64,000 nt of DNA from Chlamydiales bacterium (GCA_029240075.1 JARBTQ010000009.1:2863-66862), one strand, 5' to 3'. Counted from the first letter of the stretch, positions 49,056-59,252 are shown. The notes: a model not told the origin generated them from the letters alone. Numbers and translations: made by a program.

Positions 49056-49844
49056 ATGACACTTCCTGATGAATCTCTAACTTACTTTGACACTCAGGTT
49101 AATCTTAGGGCTAAAATAGCCTATGATGGGACTAATTATCTAGGTTGGCAAAAAACAACGATGGGTCCTAGTATTGAAGAAAGCTTACAAAACGTTTTAG
49201 AAAAGATTTTGCAGCAACGATTAGTATTACAAGCTGCTAGTCGAACTGATGCTAGGGTTCATGCAGAAGGACAAGTTATTAATTTCTACTGCTTACGTCC
49301 TAAGATATCTTTGAACCGCTTACAACTAAGTACTAACGCCCTTCTACCAAAAGACATTACCCTCTTGCAAATTGAAGAGGCCCCCTATAAATTTCATCCT
49401 ACGCTGGATGCCATTGGGAAAGAATACCATTACCATATGTGCTATGGGCCTATACTGTTACCTTTATTAAGGCACCATGTATGGCATTATCCTTATGATT
49501 TAAACATAGAAGAGATGAAGCAAGCAATCCCCTATTTCTTAGGAAAACACCGCTTTGCTGCACTTCGCAACTTTCGCAATGATCTAGATTTAGAAGATGA
49601 TATTCGTACGATTAGAGAGATTACCATTTTGCATGAGCCTCCCTACTCCTTAAAGTTTATTATTAAAGGGGACCATTTCCTCTACAAAATGGTGCGCAAT
49701 TTGGTAGGGACCTTAGTTTATGTGGGACGAGGCAAAATACTGAGAAAGGAAATTCCTCACATTTTGACAAGCCGCAATCGTACTCAAGCTGGCATTACAG
49801 CCCCAGCACATGGCTTAACATTAAAACAAGTCTTTTATTGCTAA
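49056..49844 (+). CDS. truA: tRNA pseudouridine(38-40) synthase TruA
   Basis: IAYDGTNYLGWQ, catalytic ASRTDARVHAEGQV, and FLYKMVRNLVGTLV. Confidence 0.9.
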   Translation: MTLPDESLTYFDTQVNLRAKIAYDGTNYLGWQKTTMGPSIEESLQNVLEKILQQRLVLQAASRTDARVHAEGQVINFYCLRPKISLNRLQLSTNALLPKDITLLQIEEAPYKFHPTLDAIGKEYHYHMCYGPILLPLLRHHVWHYPYDLNIEEMKQAIPYFLGKHRFAALRNFRNDLDLEDDIRTIREITILHEPPYSLKFIIKGDHFLYKMVRNLVGTLVYVGRGKILRKEIPHILTSRNRTQAGITAPAHGLTLKQVFYC

Positions 49845-49854
49845 AGTTTATTAC

Positions 49855-50865
49855 TTTCCTTCTCCCTTATTTTTTGGCAAAATAAAAATAAAAAGTCTAA
49901 GGAGTATTTTATAAAATGATTGAAAGAAACGATACATGTTGGTGTGGTAGCGATAAGAAATGGAAAAAATGTCATTATCCTGATAAAGGGACACAAGCCG
50001 CACCTCAACAGCTAACCATAGCTCAACTTACAGAGAGATATCGCAAAAAATATGATATCCTCATCAAAACCCCTGAGCAAATTGAGGGAATTAGACAAGC
50101 TTGTAAATTATCTGCAAGAATACTAGATGCTGTTTGCCAAATGGCAAAAGAAGGAGTCACGACAAATGAGCTAAATAATTACGCTCATAAATTACATTTG
50201 GAAGCTGGAGCCATTCCAGCCCCGTTACATTACGGCTCCCCCCCTTTTCCAAAAAGTATTTGCACTTCCTTAAACGAGGTAATTTGTCACGGAATCCCTG
50301 ATGATCAACCTTTGAAAAACGGAGATATTATGAATATTGATGTCACCGCTATTCTAAATGGTTACTACGGAGATTGCAGTCGAATGGTAATGATTGGTTC
50401 TGTTAGCCCTGACCATAAACGTGTAGTAGAAGTCTCTTACGAATGTATGATGAAATCGATCGAAATTTTAAAGCCTGGTTTACCTTTATCAAAAATAGGG
50501 GAGACTATTGAAGACTATGCTACTAAACATAGCTGTTCTGTGGTCTATCAATTTGTAGGGCATGGAGTTGGCGTGGGCTTTCATGAAGGACCACAAGTTT
50601 TTCATAATCGCAACCAACAGCACATCCCCCTAATTCCTGGAATGACTTTTACAATAGAACCAATGATCAATGCAGGCGTACCTCATGCCGTTATCGACAT
50701 GCGTGATGGTTGGACAGCTCGTACACGAGATGGTAAGCCTAGTGCACAGTGGGAACATACTGTTTTAATTACAGATACAGGGTACGAAATCCTTACAGCT
50801 TTATAAAAATTGCAACACATCGAGAGCACAGATATTTCAGCTATATCTGTGCAAAAATTATCACC
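49855..50865 (+). repeat. Tandem duplication unit, copy 1 (map promoter region, map gene, vestigial rsmE 3' end)
   Basis: The upstream leader, the whole map CDS and ~55 bp past the stop align with 50978..52000. Confidence 0.75.
49916..50806 (+). CDS. map: Type I methionine aminopeptidase with an N-terminal SEC-C zinc motif, copy 1
   Basis: CWCGSDKKWKKCH (SEC-C). Metal ligands in NIDVT, GYYGDCSRM, VGHGVG, FTIEPM and QWEHTV are all present. Confidence 0.93.
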   Translation: MIERNDTCWCGSDKKWKKCHYPDKGTQAAPQQLTIAQLTERYRKKYDILIKTPEQIEGIRQACKLSARILDAVCQMAKEGVTTNELNNYAHKLHLEAGAIPAPLHYGSPPFPKSICTSLNEVICHGIPDDQPLKNGDIMNIDVTAILNGYYGDCSRMVMIGSVSPDHKRVVEVSYECMMKSIEILKPGLPLSKIGETIEDYATKHSCSVVYQFVGHGVGVGFHEGPQVFHNRNQQHIPLIPGMTFTIEPMINAGVPHAVIDMRDGWTARTRDGKPSAQWEHTVLITDTGYEILTAL

Positions 50866-50977
50866 TTGAAGGAAATATTACTTAAATTTTAATAAGGTTT
50901 AATGGCGCTTAAGCTAGTGTTATAAAATTCACTTACAATTTAGTATCAAAATAGTTTTCGCATAACTAAAAAATTTA

Positions 50978-52000
50978 ATCCCTTTCTTTCTCCATTATTT
51001 TTTTGACAAAATAAGAACAATAAAAACATAAGAACCTAGGGAGCCTTTTATCAGATGATTGAGCGAAACGATAGGTGCTGGTGTGGTAGCGACAAGAAAT
51101 GGAAAAAATGCCATTATCCTGATAAAGGAGCCCAAGTTGCCCCTCAACAGTTAAATACAGCACAAATTACAGAAAAATATCGCAAAAAATATGATATTAT
51201 CATAAAAACGCCAGGACAGATTGAACGTATTAGACAAGCTTGTAAACTATCAGCAAGAATATTAGATGCTGTTTGCCAAATGGCAAAAGAGGGAGTTTCA
51301 ACAAATGAACTAAACAACCATGCTCATCGATTACATCTTGAAGCTGGAGCTATTCCTGCTCCATTAAATTATGGTTCCCCTCCTTTCCCAAAAAGCATTT
51401 GCACCTCTTTAAATGAGGTAATTTGTCATGGTATCCCCAATGATCAACCTCTAAAAAATGGGGATATCATAAATATCGATGTTACCTCTATTTTAAATGG
51501 ATATTATGGCGATTGCAGTCGAATGGTGATGATTGGCTCCGTTAACCCCGACCGCAAACGCGTGGTAGAGGTTTCCTATGAATGCACGATGAGATCTATC
51601 GAAATTTTAAAACCAGGTCTACTTCTATCAAAAATAGGGGAGACGATTGAAGATCACGCTACTAAGCACGGTTGCTCAGTAGTTGATCAATTTGTAGGGC
51701 ATGGGGTTGGCATAGGCCTTCATGAAGGACCACAAGTATTTCATAATCGCAATCAACAACACATACCCCTAGTTCCTGGGATGATTTTTACGATAGAGCC
51801 CATGATCAACGCTGGATTGCCTTATGCTGTTATTGATCGGCATGATGGCTGGACAGCTCGTACACGAGATGGCAAACCAAGTGCACAATGGGAACATGCT
51901 GTTTTAATTACAGATACAGGATATGAAATTCTTACCATTTTATAAAAACTGTGAGATGATTGACAACGCAGATATCCCCGCTGTATCTGTGCGAAGAATA
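50978..52000 (+). repeat. Tandem duplication unit, copy 2 (the right end lies inside the rsmE 3' coding region)
   Basis: See copy 1. Here the downstream ~55 bp is the authentic rsmE C-terminal coding sequence on the opposite strand. Confidence 0.75.
51055..51945 (+). CDS. map: Type I methionine aminopeptidase with an N-terminal SEC-C zinc motif, copy 2
   Basis: Same length as copy 1 (296 aa). I count 35 substitutions and no indels (~88% identity). All metal-ligand motifs are retained. Confidence 0.93.
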   Translation: MIERNDRCWCGSDKKWKKCHYPDKGAQVAPQQLNTAQITEKYRKKYDIIIKTPGQIERIRQACKLSARILDAVCQMAKEGVSTNELNNHAHRLHLEAGAIPAPLNYGSPPFPKSICTSLNEVICHGIPNDQPLKNGDIINIDVTSILNGYYGDCSRMVMIGSVNPDRKRVVEVSYECTMRSIEILKPGLLLSKIGETIEDHATKHGCSVVDQFVGHGVGIGLHEGPQVFHNRNQQHIPLVPGMIFTIEPMINAGLPYAVIDRHDGWTARTRDGKPSAQWEHAVLITDTGYEILTIL

Positions 52001-52656
52001 TTGCGATTCAAACTGACTCCTATCACTCCCATTTTTTGTAAAATCTCAATTTCTTTTTGTGTAAATCCTCTTTCAGGACCTACGAAAAAGGTAACAGAAT
52101 CACCTAATTTATGCTGATTTAATTGATCTACTAGCTTGGGAGCTTGGGGTGAGACATCCCCATAATAGCCTCTTCCTGTTAATGCTATCTCCCAATTTTT
52201 AAGCATGGGGGTTACGCTTAATTTGGGTAGAAATAACGATCCACATTGCTTTAAAGCAGCTATAAGCAAAGCTTCATGCCTAAGTAATTGATTATCGCTA
52301 AAGTCCCCTTTTTCACTTCCCTCCCCAGGAAACAAACAAAAATGGGTCACACCTAATTCTGTGCCTTTCTCTAATATAAAACTTAGGCGATTCGGCCTAG
52401 GAATAGCTTGCGCTAAAACAATTTCACACGAGGGCTTAGGGGCTATAGTAATATCGTTGAGTTTAATCAATGCTTGACGCTTATCAAGCTGTACCAGTTC
52501 TCCTACGGCTAAAGCTCCAGCTCCGTTGATAACTTCTACTGTTTCGCCAATTCGAGTCCGCATGACTCGGCTAAGATGAATGAATTCTTGATCATCTAAA
52601 GTAATTATTGAATCTTTCTTAAGTTCTTGTTGTATAAAGTACCGTTCTGCAGGCAT
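51940..52656 (-). CDS. rsmE: 16S rRNA (uracil1498-N3)-methyltransferase RsmE
   Basis: N-terminal RYFI...HLSRVMRTRIGETVEVINGAG (PUA-like) and C-terminal GPERGFTQKEI...LNRNILRTDTAGISALS (SPOUT knot). Confidence 0.88.
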   Translation of the reverse strand: MPAERYFIQQELKKDSIITLDDQEFIHLSRVMRTRIGETVEVINGAGALAVGELVQLDKRQALIKLNDITIAPKPSCEIVLAQAIPRPNRLSFILEKGTELGVTHFCLFPGEGSEKGDFSDNQLLRHEALLIAALKQCGSLFLPKLSVTPMLKNWEIALTGRGYYGDVSPQAPKLVDQLNQHKLGDSVTFFVGPERGFTQKEIEILQKMGVIGVSLNRNILRTDTAGISALSIISQFL

Positions 52657-52664
52657 ATCGATAG

Positions 52665-53888
52665 TTAGTCTTGTATGTGAGAGTTAAACCATTTTTGAAA
52701 CTTCTCGTTTTTAATTAAAGCTTCAAATCCTGTCTGTTGTAATAGCTGTTTATAATCATACTCTGGCTCCAACTGTTTCAAGGCTTGCAGCCAACCTATA
52801 GTTTCCCGAATGTGCCCATATTGCGCATGCACAATGGCATTAAGTAAGGCAATGTCCTTATGCTTTGCTTCCAGAAAACAGCGATCGCCTATATTGATTA
52901 CAAGAGTAAAATTTTGCTTGTAGTAAGCCAATTTTTGTAATAAACATGCAGCAGAATATGAAAGCTTGTTCTGGATAGGTAGCAGCAGATCATAAGCTTC
53001 ACCTATCTGTCCACGCGCAGCTAGGATACTGGCAATTTTCTCTGTAGCAATTTGGTAGATTTGCCCTTTTTTTGTAATTGAACGAATGAGATAATAAAGG
53101 TCCAAAGCTTGATCTAGCTTGTCTAGTGACATAAGCACTTGAGCTTGCTTAACGACATATTGCAACTCTTGCTTTGTATCTGTATCATTTAAATTCCAGG
53201 AGAGTCTTAGCAAGTTTATATTTTCAAAGCTCAAAATAAACCAGATGGTTCCTAGAATAAGGCCCATATGATTCCCTGGACTATCAAGGAAAAAGGCTAT
53301 TGAGCCGAGAAGTAAACTTAGCACAGCACTAAAACCTATGGCTATTTTTTTCCCCGTGATCCCAAGCATCTTCTGCAATATTAATGTTAACAATGTTCCA
53401 CCATCTAGGGGAACAATAGGGATCAATTGAAAAATGCTCCATACTAAATTCATAGTACCTATAAGTATAAATGCTTTATCAGGCGCCTGGGGCATAGTGA
53501 ATGTTTTTAAAATAAGTTCGCAAAAAAGATAAACTCCGATCCCTACTAAAGGCCCCTGCAAGATAATTAGAAATTCCTTCCACCATACTAAAGGCTCTGA
53601 GTTCCTACGAGTGACTCCACCGAAAAATGTAAGCTCAACCGTTGCAGTTTGCTTAAAAAAAAGAGCCATCCAAGCATGCCCCATCTCGTGAATAAGGATA
53701 GACAGCAACATAACTATCGCCCATACAACAGATAGTAAAGGTGACTGTGTTAGAATAAAACTAAAAGACAATGGTAGCACCCAGCAAAAAGGGTGAAAAG
53801 TAATAGGGATAGCTCCGGAGATTCTCATTACATTTAATTTCCAATAAATTTTTTTGCTCAACTTTATAAAAGTTAAAGCTGATATCAT
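52665..53888 (-). CDS. M50-family membrane metalloprotease with a C-terminal TPR-like domain
   Basis: HEMGHAW zinc motif within a TM helix, several TM segments, the second motif LIPIVPLDGG, and a helical-repeat C-terminus. The start could be the internal ATG at 53828. Confidence 0.75.
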   Translation of the reverse strand: MISALTFIKLSKKIYWKLNVMRISGAIPITFHPFCWVLPLSFSFILTQSPLLSVVWAIVMLLSILIHEMGHAWMALFFKQTATVELTFFGGVTRRNSEPLVWWKEFLIILQGPLVGIGVYLFCELILKTFTMPQAPDKAFILIGTMNLVWSIFQLIPIVPLDGGTLLTLILQKMLGITGKKIAIGFSAVLSLLLGSIAFFLDSPGNHMGLILGTIWFILSFENINLLRLSWNLNDTDTKQELQYVVKQAQVLMSLDKLDQALDLYYLIRSITKKGQIYQIATEKIASILAARGQIGEAYDLLLPIQNKLSYSAACLLQKLAYYKQNFTLVINIGDRCFLEAKHKDIALLNAIVHAQYGHIRETIGWLQALKQLEPEYDYKQLLQQTGFEALIKNEKFQKWFNSHIQD

Positions 53889-54266
53889 GCTATTAAGGAC
53901 ATTCCTTTCATGAAACTACAAATGCACAAATTTACCCATCTTTTAAAAAAATTAACTTAAAAGCTATATTTGCGAAAGTTTCATTGTAACATCTTCACAA
54001 TTTATTGGAATCATTGGAACTGACTTGCTTAACACTTTCAAGCTTAAATAAAGAAATAAAAGAGTTTTAACTTTACTACTAGTTATTTTGAGTGAGTTTG
54101 AGCTAGATCAAAGGTGCTAAAAGATATAAAGTCATTTGATTGCCTAGAGCACGTATAATAGTCTAATCTTGTTGAGCCTTTGTAGTAGAGTATGTAAGAA
54201 CAAAGACTAGGACATGTTTAATTAAAATCGTGTAAGCAATGAATTTAAATCTGTAAGTAAACTTGG

Positions 54267-56045
54267 CTATCTATACAATAATGGTGCTAGCGCAGCATGT
54301 TGTTGACGAGCATATTCCTGTTGTAACAACTCTTGTACTTCCTCTGCGGTAGATAGGGCCAAAACCTGGTCAACTAGGTCAACAGAATCTGCATGTTTTA
54401 TCATCCTTACTGCATGCTTAACCATGGGCAGGTAACGAGGAGCAACTGATAATGCAGGCATACCCAGCCCTATCAATAGAGGAATAAATTTAGGGTCAGC
54501 AGCCATTTCCCCACAGATCGATATAGGCAAATTATTTTTTAACGCTTGGTCTACTACCATTTTAATAAGGCGAATGACACTTGGATGACATGGACTATAC
54601 AGATAACTCATATCTTGGTTACCTCTATCTACCCCGATCGTATATTGTACTAAGTCATTTGTGCCTATGGAAAAGAAATCACACTCTTTGGCTAAAATAT
54701 CGCTGATAAGGGCTGATGATGGAAGCTCTATCATGCATCCTACTTTAATTTCGTTTGAATAAGGGATTTCAACCTCTTTTAACTCTTTACGAACTTCGTG
54801 TAATAAAAACTTCGTTTCACGCAACTCCACCAAACCTGAAACCAAGGGTAACATGATGTGAACGGGGCCATAAATACTTGCTCTTAAAATCGCCCTTAAT
54901 TGTTCTTTAAACACTTTTCTGTTTTTAAGCAGCAAACGTATAGCACGGCATCCTAAAAAAGGATTACTCTCTTTTATAGCATAAGGGTTATGCTCTATAA
55001 ATTTATCGCCCCCTATATCGAACACACGGATAACGACGGGTAACCCTTTAGCTTGCTCTATCAGTTGTCTATAAACAGCAAATTGTTCATGTTCTGTAGG
55101 TAAATTGTCTCTATCTACTAGCAGATATTCAGAACGAAAGAGCCCTATTCCATTTCCTTTGTGGTGAATTACTTCTTCGATCTCTTCAAAGCTTTCGATA
55201 TTGGCTAGCAAGGAAATGGGATAGCCATCCAAAGTTTCAGCCTTAAACTCATTGCTATTCGCTAAAACTGTTTTATAGCTACTTAAACTGGCTTGAAGCT
55301 TAGAATAACGACTTGATTGTATTTCCCCAGGATTAATGACAATAGACCCTGTGTAACCATCAACAATGACTTCTTTTATTTTATGGGAAGGAACATTTGA
55401 AAAGTCCACATTAGCAATATAGGGAATTCCCTTAGCTTTAGCTACAATAGCTGAATGAGAGGTTTCTCCACCTACAGCTGTAACAAAAGCTAAAACTTGC
55501 CCTTTTTTTACGGTTAAAATATCGGGAGGGGCTATGTCATTAGCAAAAATGATGGAGCCCTGAGGAATAGCTAATAAAGACATCCTTACAGATTGCCTGA
55601 GGTGACTCATGATTCGGCGCGATATATCTTGTATATCTTTAAATCGCTCTCGAAAAAATTTATCTGTAATTTGATTAAACTGTTGCTCATACTCATTAAT
55701 AACTGATTGGAAGATAGATTCAGCGTTTTTACACGTCTGTCTAATAAGACTTTCCACATGTTCCGTAATGAGAGGATCTTGAATAATTTGTAAATAGGTA
55801 TCTAAAATAGATATGCCTTCAAACATTTGATCTGCAAACAACTGATGTCTAATATGCTCAATATCTTGTTCACATTTTTTGAGTGCTTTGCGATAACGAG
55901 CTACTTCATTTTCAATCTCGTAACTGTTGATATCAAATTCTAAAACAAACTCTTCTGTCGGTGCGAAGAAGAAAGGCTTGCCTATAGCAATCCCTTCACA
56001 AATAGGTAAACCTTTTATAATGATTTCAGAATTTTCTTGAAACAT
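54267..56045 (-). CDS. ptsI: Phosphoenolpyruvate-protein phosphotransferase (PTS enzyme I)
   Basis: GGETSHSAIVAKAKGIP (active-site His), GLFRSEYL and SIGTNDLVQY. ATG at 56045 lies 4 nt after the ptsH stop and is preferred over the overlapping TTG at 56072. Confidence 0.92.
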   Translation of the reverse strand: MFQENSEIIIKGLPICEGIAIGKPFFFAPTEEFVLEFDINSYEIENEVARYRKALKKCEQDIEHIRHQLFADQMFEGISILDTYLQIIQDPLITEHVESLIRQTCKNAESIFQSVINEYEQQFNQITDKFFRERFKDIQDISRRIMSHLRQSVRMSLLAIPQGSIIFANDIAPPDILTVKKGQVLAFVTAVGGETSHSAIVAKAKGIPYIANVDFSNVPSHKIKEVIVDGYTGSIVINPGEIQSSRYSKLQASLSSYKTVLANSNEFKAETLDGYPISLLANIESFEEIEEVIHHKGNGIGLFRSEYLLVDRDNLPTEHEQFAVYRQLIEQAKGLPVVIRVFDIGGDKFIEHNPYAIKESNPFLGCRAIRLLLKNRKVFKEQLRAILRASIYGPVHIMLPLVSGLVELRETKFLLHEVRKELKEVEIPYSNEIKVGCMIELPSSALISDILAKECDFFSIGTNDLVQYTIGVDRGNQDMSYLYSPCHPSVIRLIKMVVDQALKNNLPISICGEMAADPKFIPLLIGLGMPALSVAPRYLPMVKHAVRMIKHADSVDLVDQVLALSTAEEVQELLQQEYARQQHAALAPLLYR

Positions 56046-56049
56046 TTGT

Positions 56050-56322
56050 CTATTCCCCGAATTGAGTATCAAAGGCTTCGACTAAACATTCCATGACATC
56101 TTCCGCATCATCTCCTTCTACAGTAATTTTAATCTTTGAATTTTTTCTCGCAGCTAATATCAAGATACTCATGATACTTTTGGCATTAATTGTTGTTTTC
56201 CCATGAGTAAAAAATACAGAGCTAGAAGCTTTCTGCAATAACTTAACAATCATTGTTGCTGGGCGTGTATGGAGACCTAATGAATTTTTAACTTTTACTT
56301 CTCGAACAATCTGCTGGTTCAC
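56050..56322 (-). CDS. ptsH: Phosphocarrier protein HPr
   Basis: GLHTRPA (His-15 equivalent) and NAKSIMSI (Ser-46 equivalent). The GTG start directly abuts the hprK stop. Confidence 0.9.
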   Translation of the reverse strand: MNQQIVREVKVKNSLGLHTRPATMIVKLLQKASSSVFFTHGKTTINAKSIMSILILAARKNSKIKITVEGDDAEDVMECLVEAFDTQFGE

Positions 56323-57267
56323 TTAAGGTTCGCTCCTTTTTCTCTTCTGTTTCAATTTCCCTAGCAATTGAGTATTAAATTCCCTTGCAGAATGATATCC
56401 CATTTGCTTTAGTCTATGATTGAGGGCTAAAGTCTCTAATAATAGCACAACATCTCTTCCGGGCTTTACAGGCAATAAATGAAAAGGCACTTGAACTCCT
56501 AGAATATCGCAATGCTTTTCATCCATGCCAATTCGATCATAAAAATGGTTATCATCCCAGACTTCTAATTTTACTACCAGCTCTACCTTCTTACTTTCGC
56601 AGATGCAAATAGCTCCATAAAGATGAGCCACATTGATAATCCCAATTCCTCGAATTTCCATATTATGCTGAGTTAATTCAACGCCAGTTCCTTCTAAGTA
56701 GGCATCTTCTCTTTTTTTGATTTTGACCAGGTCATCTGAAACCAGACGGTGCCCACGCTCTAATAAGCCTAAAGCTGCCTCACTTTTACCCGCAGCAGAA
56801 GCCCCTTGAATTAAAACGCCCACCCCAAAGACTTCAACAAAGGTTCCATGGACATGCACACTAGGGGAAAATTGCTCTGTTAAAATAAAGGTCAATTTAC
56901 TTAATAACATCATAGTAAGTAAATTTGAGCGAAATAAAGGTAGATTAGCTTCTGCACAAAGCTTTACTAATTCTTTAGGTGGCCGGAAGCGACGGCATAC
57001 AATAATTGCAGGAATAGAAAATGCTAGTAGATTTTTTAGTCGTTCTATCAAAGTAGGCTTGTCGAGTTCACGCAAATACTCGATCTCCATACGACCTAAT
57101 ATAAATATACGCTTATTCGTATATTTTTTAAGGTATCCTGTTAAGCTAAGTCCAGGGCGCTGCACTTCTGGTACTGAAATGCGGCGGCGTAGCCCTTTTT
57201 CACCAGTGATGAGCTCTAACCCTAGTGCGCTACCATGCTGTTTATATAAATCTTCAACCAGGTACAT
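56323..57267 (-). CDS. hprK: HPr kinase/phosphorylase
   Basis: P-loop GASAAGKSEAAL, LVSDD, and MEIRGIGIINV signature. Confidence 0.9.
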   Translation of the reverse strand: MYLVEDLYKQHGSALGLELITGEKGLRRRISVPEVQRPGLSLTGYLKKYTNKRIFILGRMEIEYLRELDKPTLIERLKNLLAFSIPAIIVCRRFRPPKELVKLCAEANLPLFRSNLLTMMLLSKLTFILTEQFSPSVHVHGTFVEVFGVGVLIQGASAAGKSEAALGLLERGHRLVSDDLVKIKKREDAYLEGTGVELTQHNMEIRGIGIINVAHLYGAICICESKKVELVVKLEVWDDNHFYDRIGMDEKHCDILGVQVPFHLLPVKPGRDVVLLLETLALNHRLKQMGYHSAREFNTQLLGKLKQKRKRSEP

Positions 57268-57361
57268 TTTGAATCAAGCCAGCAGAAATTATTTCTAAAT
57301 TAGGGGATAGTCATATTCTAAATTTAAAAAAATAGCAAGGGAAAAAGCTTCAAAACAGCGT

Positions 57362-58231
57362 TTAAGAGAAAAATATCGCTATAAATGTGAATACAAATAA
57401 GGATATAGGAAACCAAACGTCTATTTTAAAAAAAAGTTCCGGAACTTTTTGGGATTCAAAAGGCTTTACTAACTTATGCTGATATAAAAGTATGGCGGCA
57501 GCTAATGAGACACCCAGATAGTAGGCTCCATTAAGATTGCTTAAATAACCTGCTACAATAAGTAACGCAACTGCTAGCATATGAGTAATTCTAGCCACTA
57601 TTATACTTTTTTTAGCCCCCAATAAAACAGGTAAACCATGTAATTTTTCTCTTTGTTGAAAAAGCTCATCCTGCAAAGAGTACAAGATATCTTTCCCAGT
57701 GATCCACATCCAATTTGCAGTACCCACACAAATGGGGATCAAGGACCAAGTCTCGGTAACAGCAATCCAGCCACATATAGGTCCAAAAAAGTGAACGGCA
57801 CCTAATATAAAATGGCGCGCCGCTGTAAATCTTTTAGAGTAAGAATAAACAATAATTAAAATTATGATAACTGGCGATAACAAAAGGCATAATTTATTAA
57901 TCTGACCACAAATAAAGATAAATGCGATTAAATTTAAAAAAGTAAATAGCCACACTTCTTGTTTCGTGATAAGACCTTGGGGTAAAGCTCGATCTTTAGT
58001 CCTTGGATTTTTAGCGTCAATCTCAGCATCTAAAACTCGGTTTAAACTCATTGCTAAATTTCTTACCGTTATGACTGCAAGTACCATCCAGATCCATTTA
58101 AACCACTCAGCCCCTGTATAGTTTGCACGAAAGGCCTCATCTGCAAAGGGAATGATTCCACCCATGAGCGTCATAGGCAGCGAAAATAATGTATAATGAA
58201 ATAAAGTTATGTTCCAAAACTTCTTAATCAT
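57362..58231 (-). CDS. UbiA-superfamily aromatic prenyltransferase (4-hydroxybenzoate / menaquinone-precursor type)
   Basis: Polytopic protein with NRVLDAEIDAKNPRTKDRALP (NxxxDxxxD plus the basic loop) and a second D-rich region, DILYSLQDE. 8-nt overlap with the upstream permease gene. Confidence 0.75.
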   Translation of the reverse strand: MIKKFWNITLFHYTLFSLPMTLMGGIIPFADEAFRANYTGAEWFKWIWMVLAVITVRNLAMSLNRVLDAEIDAKNPRTKDRALPQGLITKQEVWLFTFLNLIAFIFICGQINKLCLLLSPVIIILIIVYSYSKRFTAARHFILGAVHFFGPICGWIAVTETWSLIPICVGTANWMWITGKDILYSLQDELFQQREKLHGLPVLLGAKKSIIVARITHMLAVALLIVAGYLSNLNGAYYLGVSLAAAILLYQHKLVKPFESQKVPELFFKIDVWFPISLFVFTFIAIFFS

Positions 58232-59252
58232 GGTTCAGCTTATTTTTTATTTTGGGAAACATTTTCATGTCTAACCACCCTTGCATAGAACTTACAAGCA
58301 AAGCTATAGCATAAACAACACTAAAAATACAAACAATCAACCCTGTTGTGGATATTGGCAAGTTGTAGTTAGTCAGAATGTGACGGGATAAAGCAACCCC
58401 TACGATTGAACAACCAATACCTATACTACACGACAAAAACAGCATATACCCTAAACGAAATACAAATAGGCGAGCTATGAGAGCTGGCGCTACAATTAAA
58501 GCAAGAACCAACAATACGCCAACGGAACGAAAAGAACTTACAATACTGACTGAAACCTGTACCATCAATAGGTAGTGAAAGAAATTTACAGGCAGACCCA
58601 AAGCTTTCGCAAAAGCAGAATCGAAGCTAGTAATTTGAAATTCTTTAAAAAAGATATAAAATAAACAAACATTTAAAATAGCACTCATCCAAGCTAGATA
58701 AAGATCTTGAATATGTACAAGATCTGCATTCCCTACAATGATCTCAACCCCTATATGGGTATTGCGTGTAAATAAAGTGATAAGAATAACCCCTAATGCA
58801 AAAAAACTAGTAAAGACTAAACCTATACTAGCATCCTCTTGCAAGCCCAATGTATTAGTTATGAATTGAGTACAAAAAGTTGTCATGATAGCAGTAAGTA
58901 TGGCGGCCAATAACAAAGCTTGCATAGATGGTAAAAAGTTATGACCTTCGCTATTTATTGGAGGCAACCAATATCGAGAAGCTAAATAGACTATAACAAT
59001 TCCTAATAAAATTGTGTGAGATAGCGAGTTTGCTAACATCGTCATTTTACGCAGAACTAAAAAAACACCTACTAAAGAGCAGGAGAGAGTAACACCTACA
59101 AGAACAAGGATCTGCAGTTCATCTGCGGCTAGATTTTGTATAGGTAATTGCCCTGTTAAAAAAGCCCATAATCTTTTTATAAAAACGATAAAAAAACTAC
59201 AAAAAGTTTGGTTCCGATAGGGGTTTATGATAGCTGCTAAAATCATTGCCAT
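58224..59252 (-). CDS. ytgD: Metal (Mn/Fe/Zn-type) ABC transporter permease
   Basis: ABC-3 family polytopic permease. Fourth gene of the ytgABCD-like operon, with a 10-nt overlap with ytgC. Confidence 0.8.
   Translation of the reverse strand: MAMILAAIINPYRNQTFCSFFIVFIKRLWAFLTGQLPIQNLAADELQILVLVGVTLSCSLVGVFLVLRKMTMLANSLSHTILLGIVIVYLASRYWLPPINSEGHNFLPSMQALLLAAILTAIMTTFCTQFITNTLGLQEDASIGLVFTSFFALGVILITLFTRNTHIGVEIIVGNADLVHIQDLYLAWMSAILNVCLFYIFFKEFQITSFDSAFAKALGLPVNFFHYLLMVQVSVSIVSSFRSVGVLLVLALIVAPALIARLFVFRLGYMLFLSCSIGIGCSIVGVALSRHILTNYNLPISTTGLIVCIFSVVYAIALLVSSMQGWLDMKMFPKIKNKLNHD

Noticed and set aside
50826-50852. 10-bp perfect hairpin after map copy 1 as a canonical rho-independent terminator
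   Set aside because: It is followed by an A-run rather than a T-run on the plus strand, and it derives from duplicated rsmE coding sequence. It may still pause transcription, but I do not call it a terminator.
51923-52117. 64-aa plus-strand ORF running from the map copy 2 end into rsmE
   Set aside because: It is antisense to the conserved RsmE C-terminal SPOUT domain, so it is a shadow ORF.
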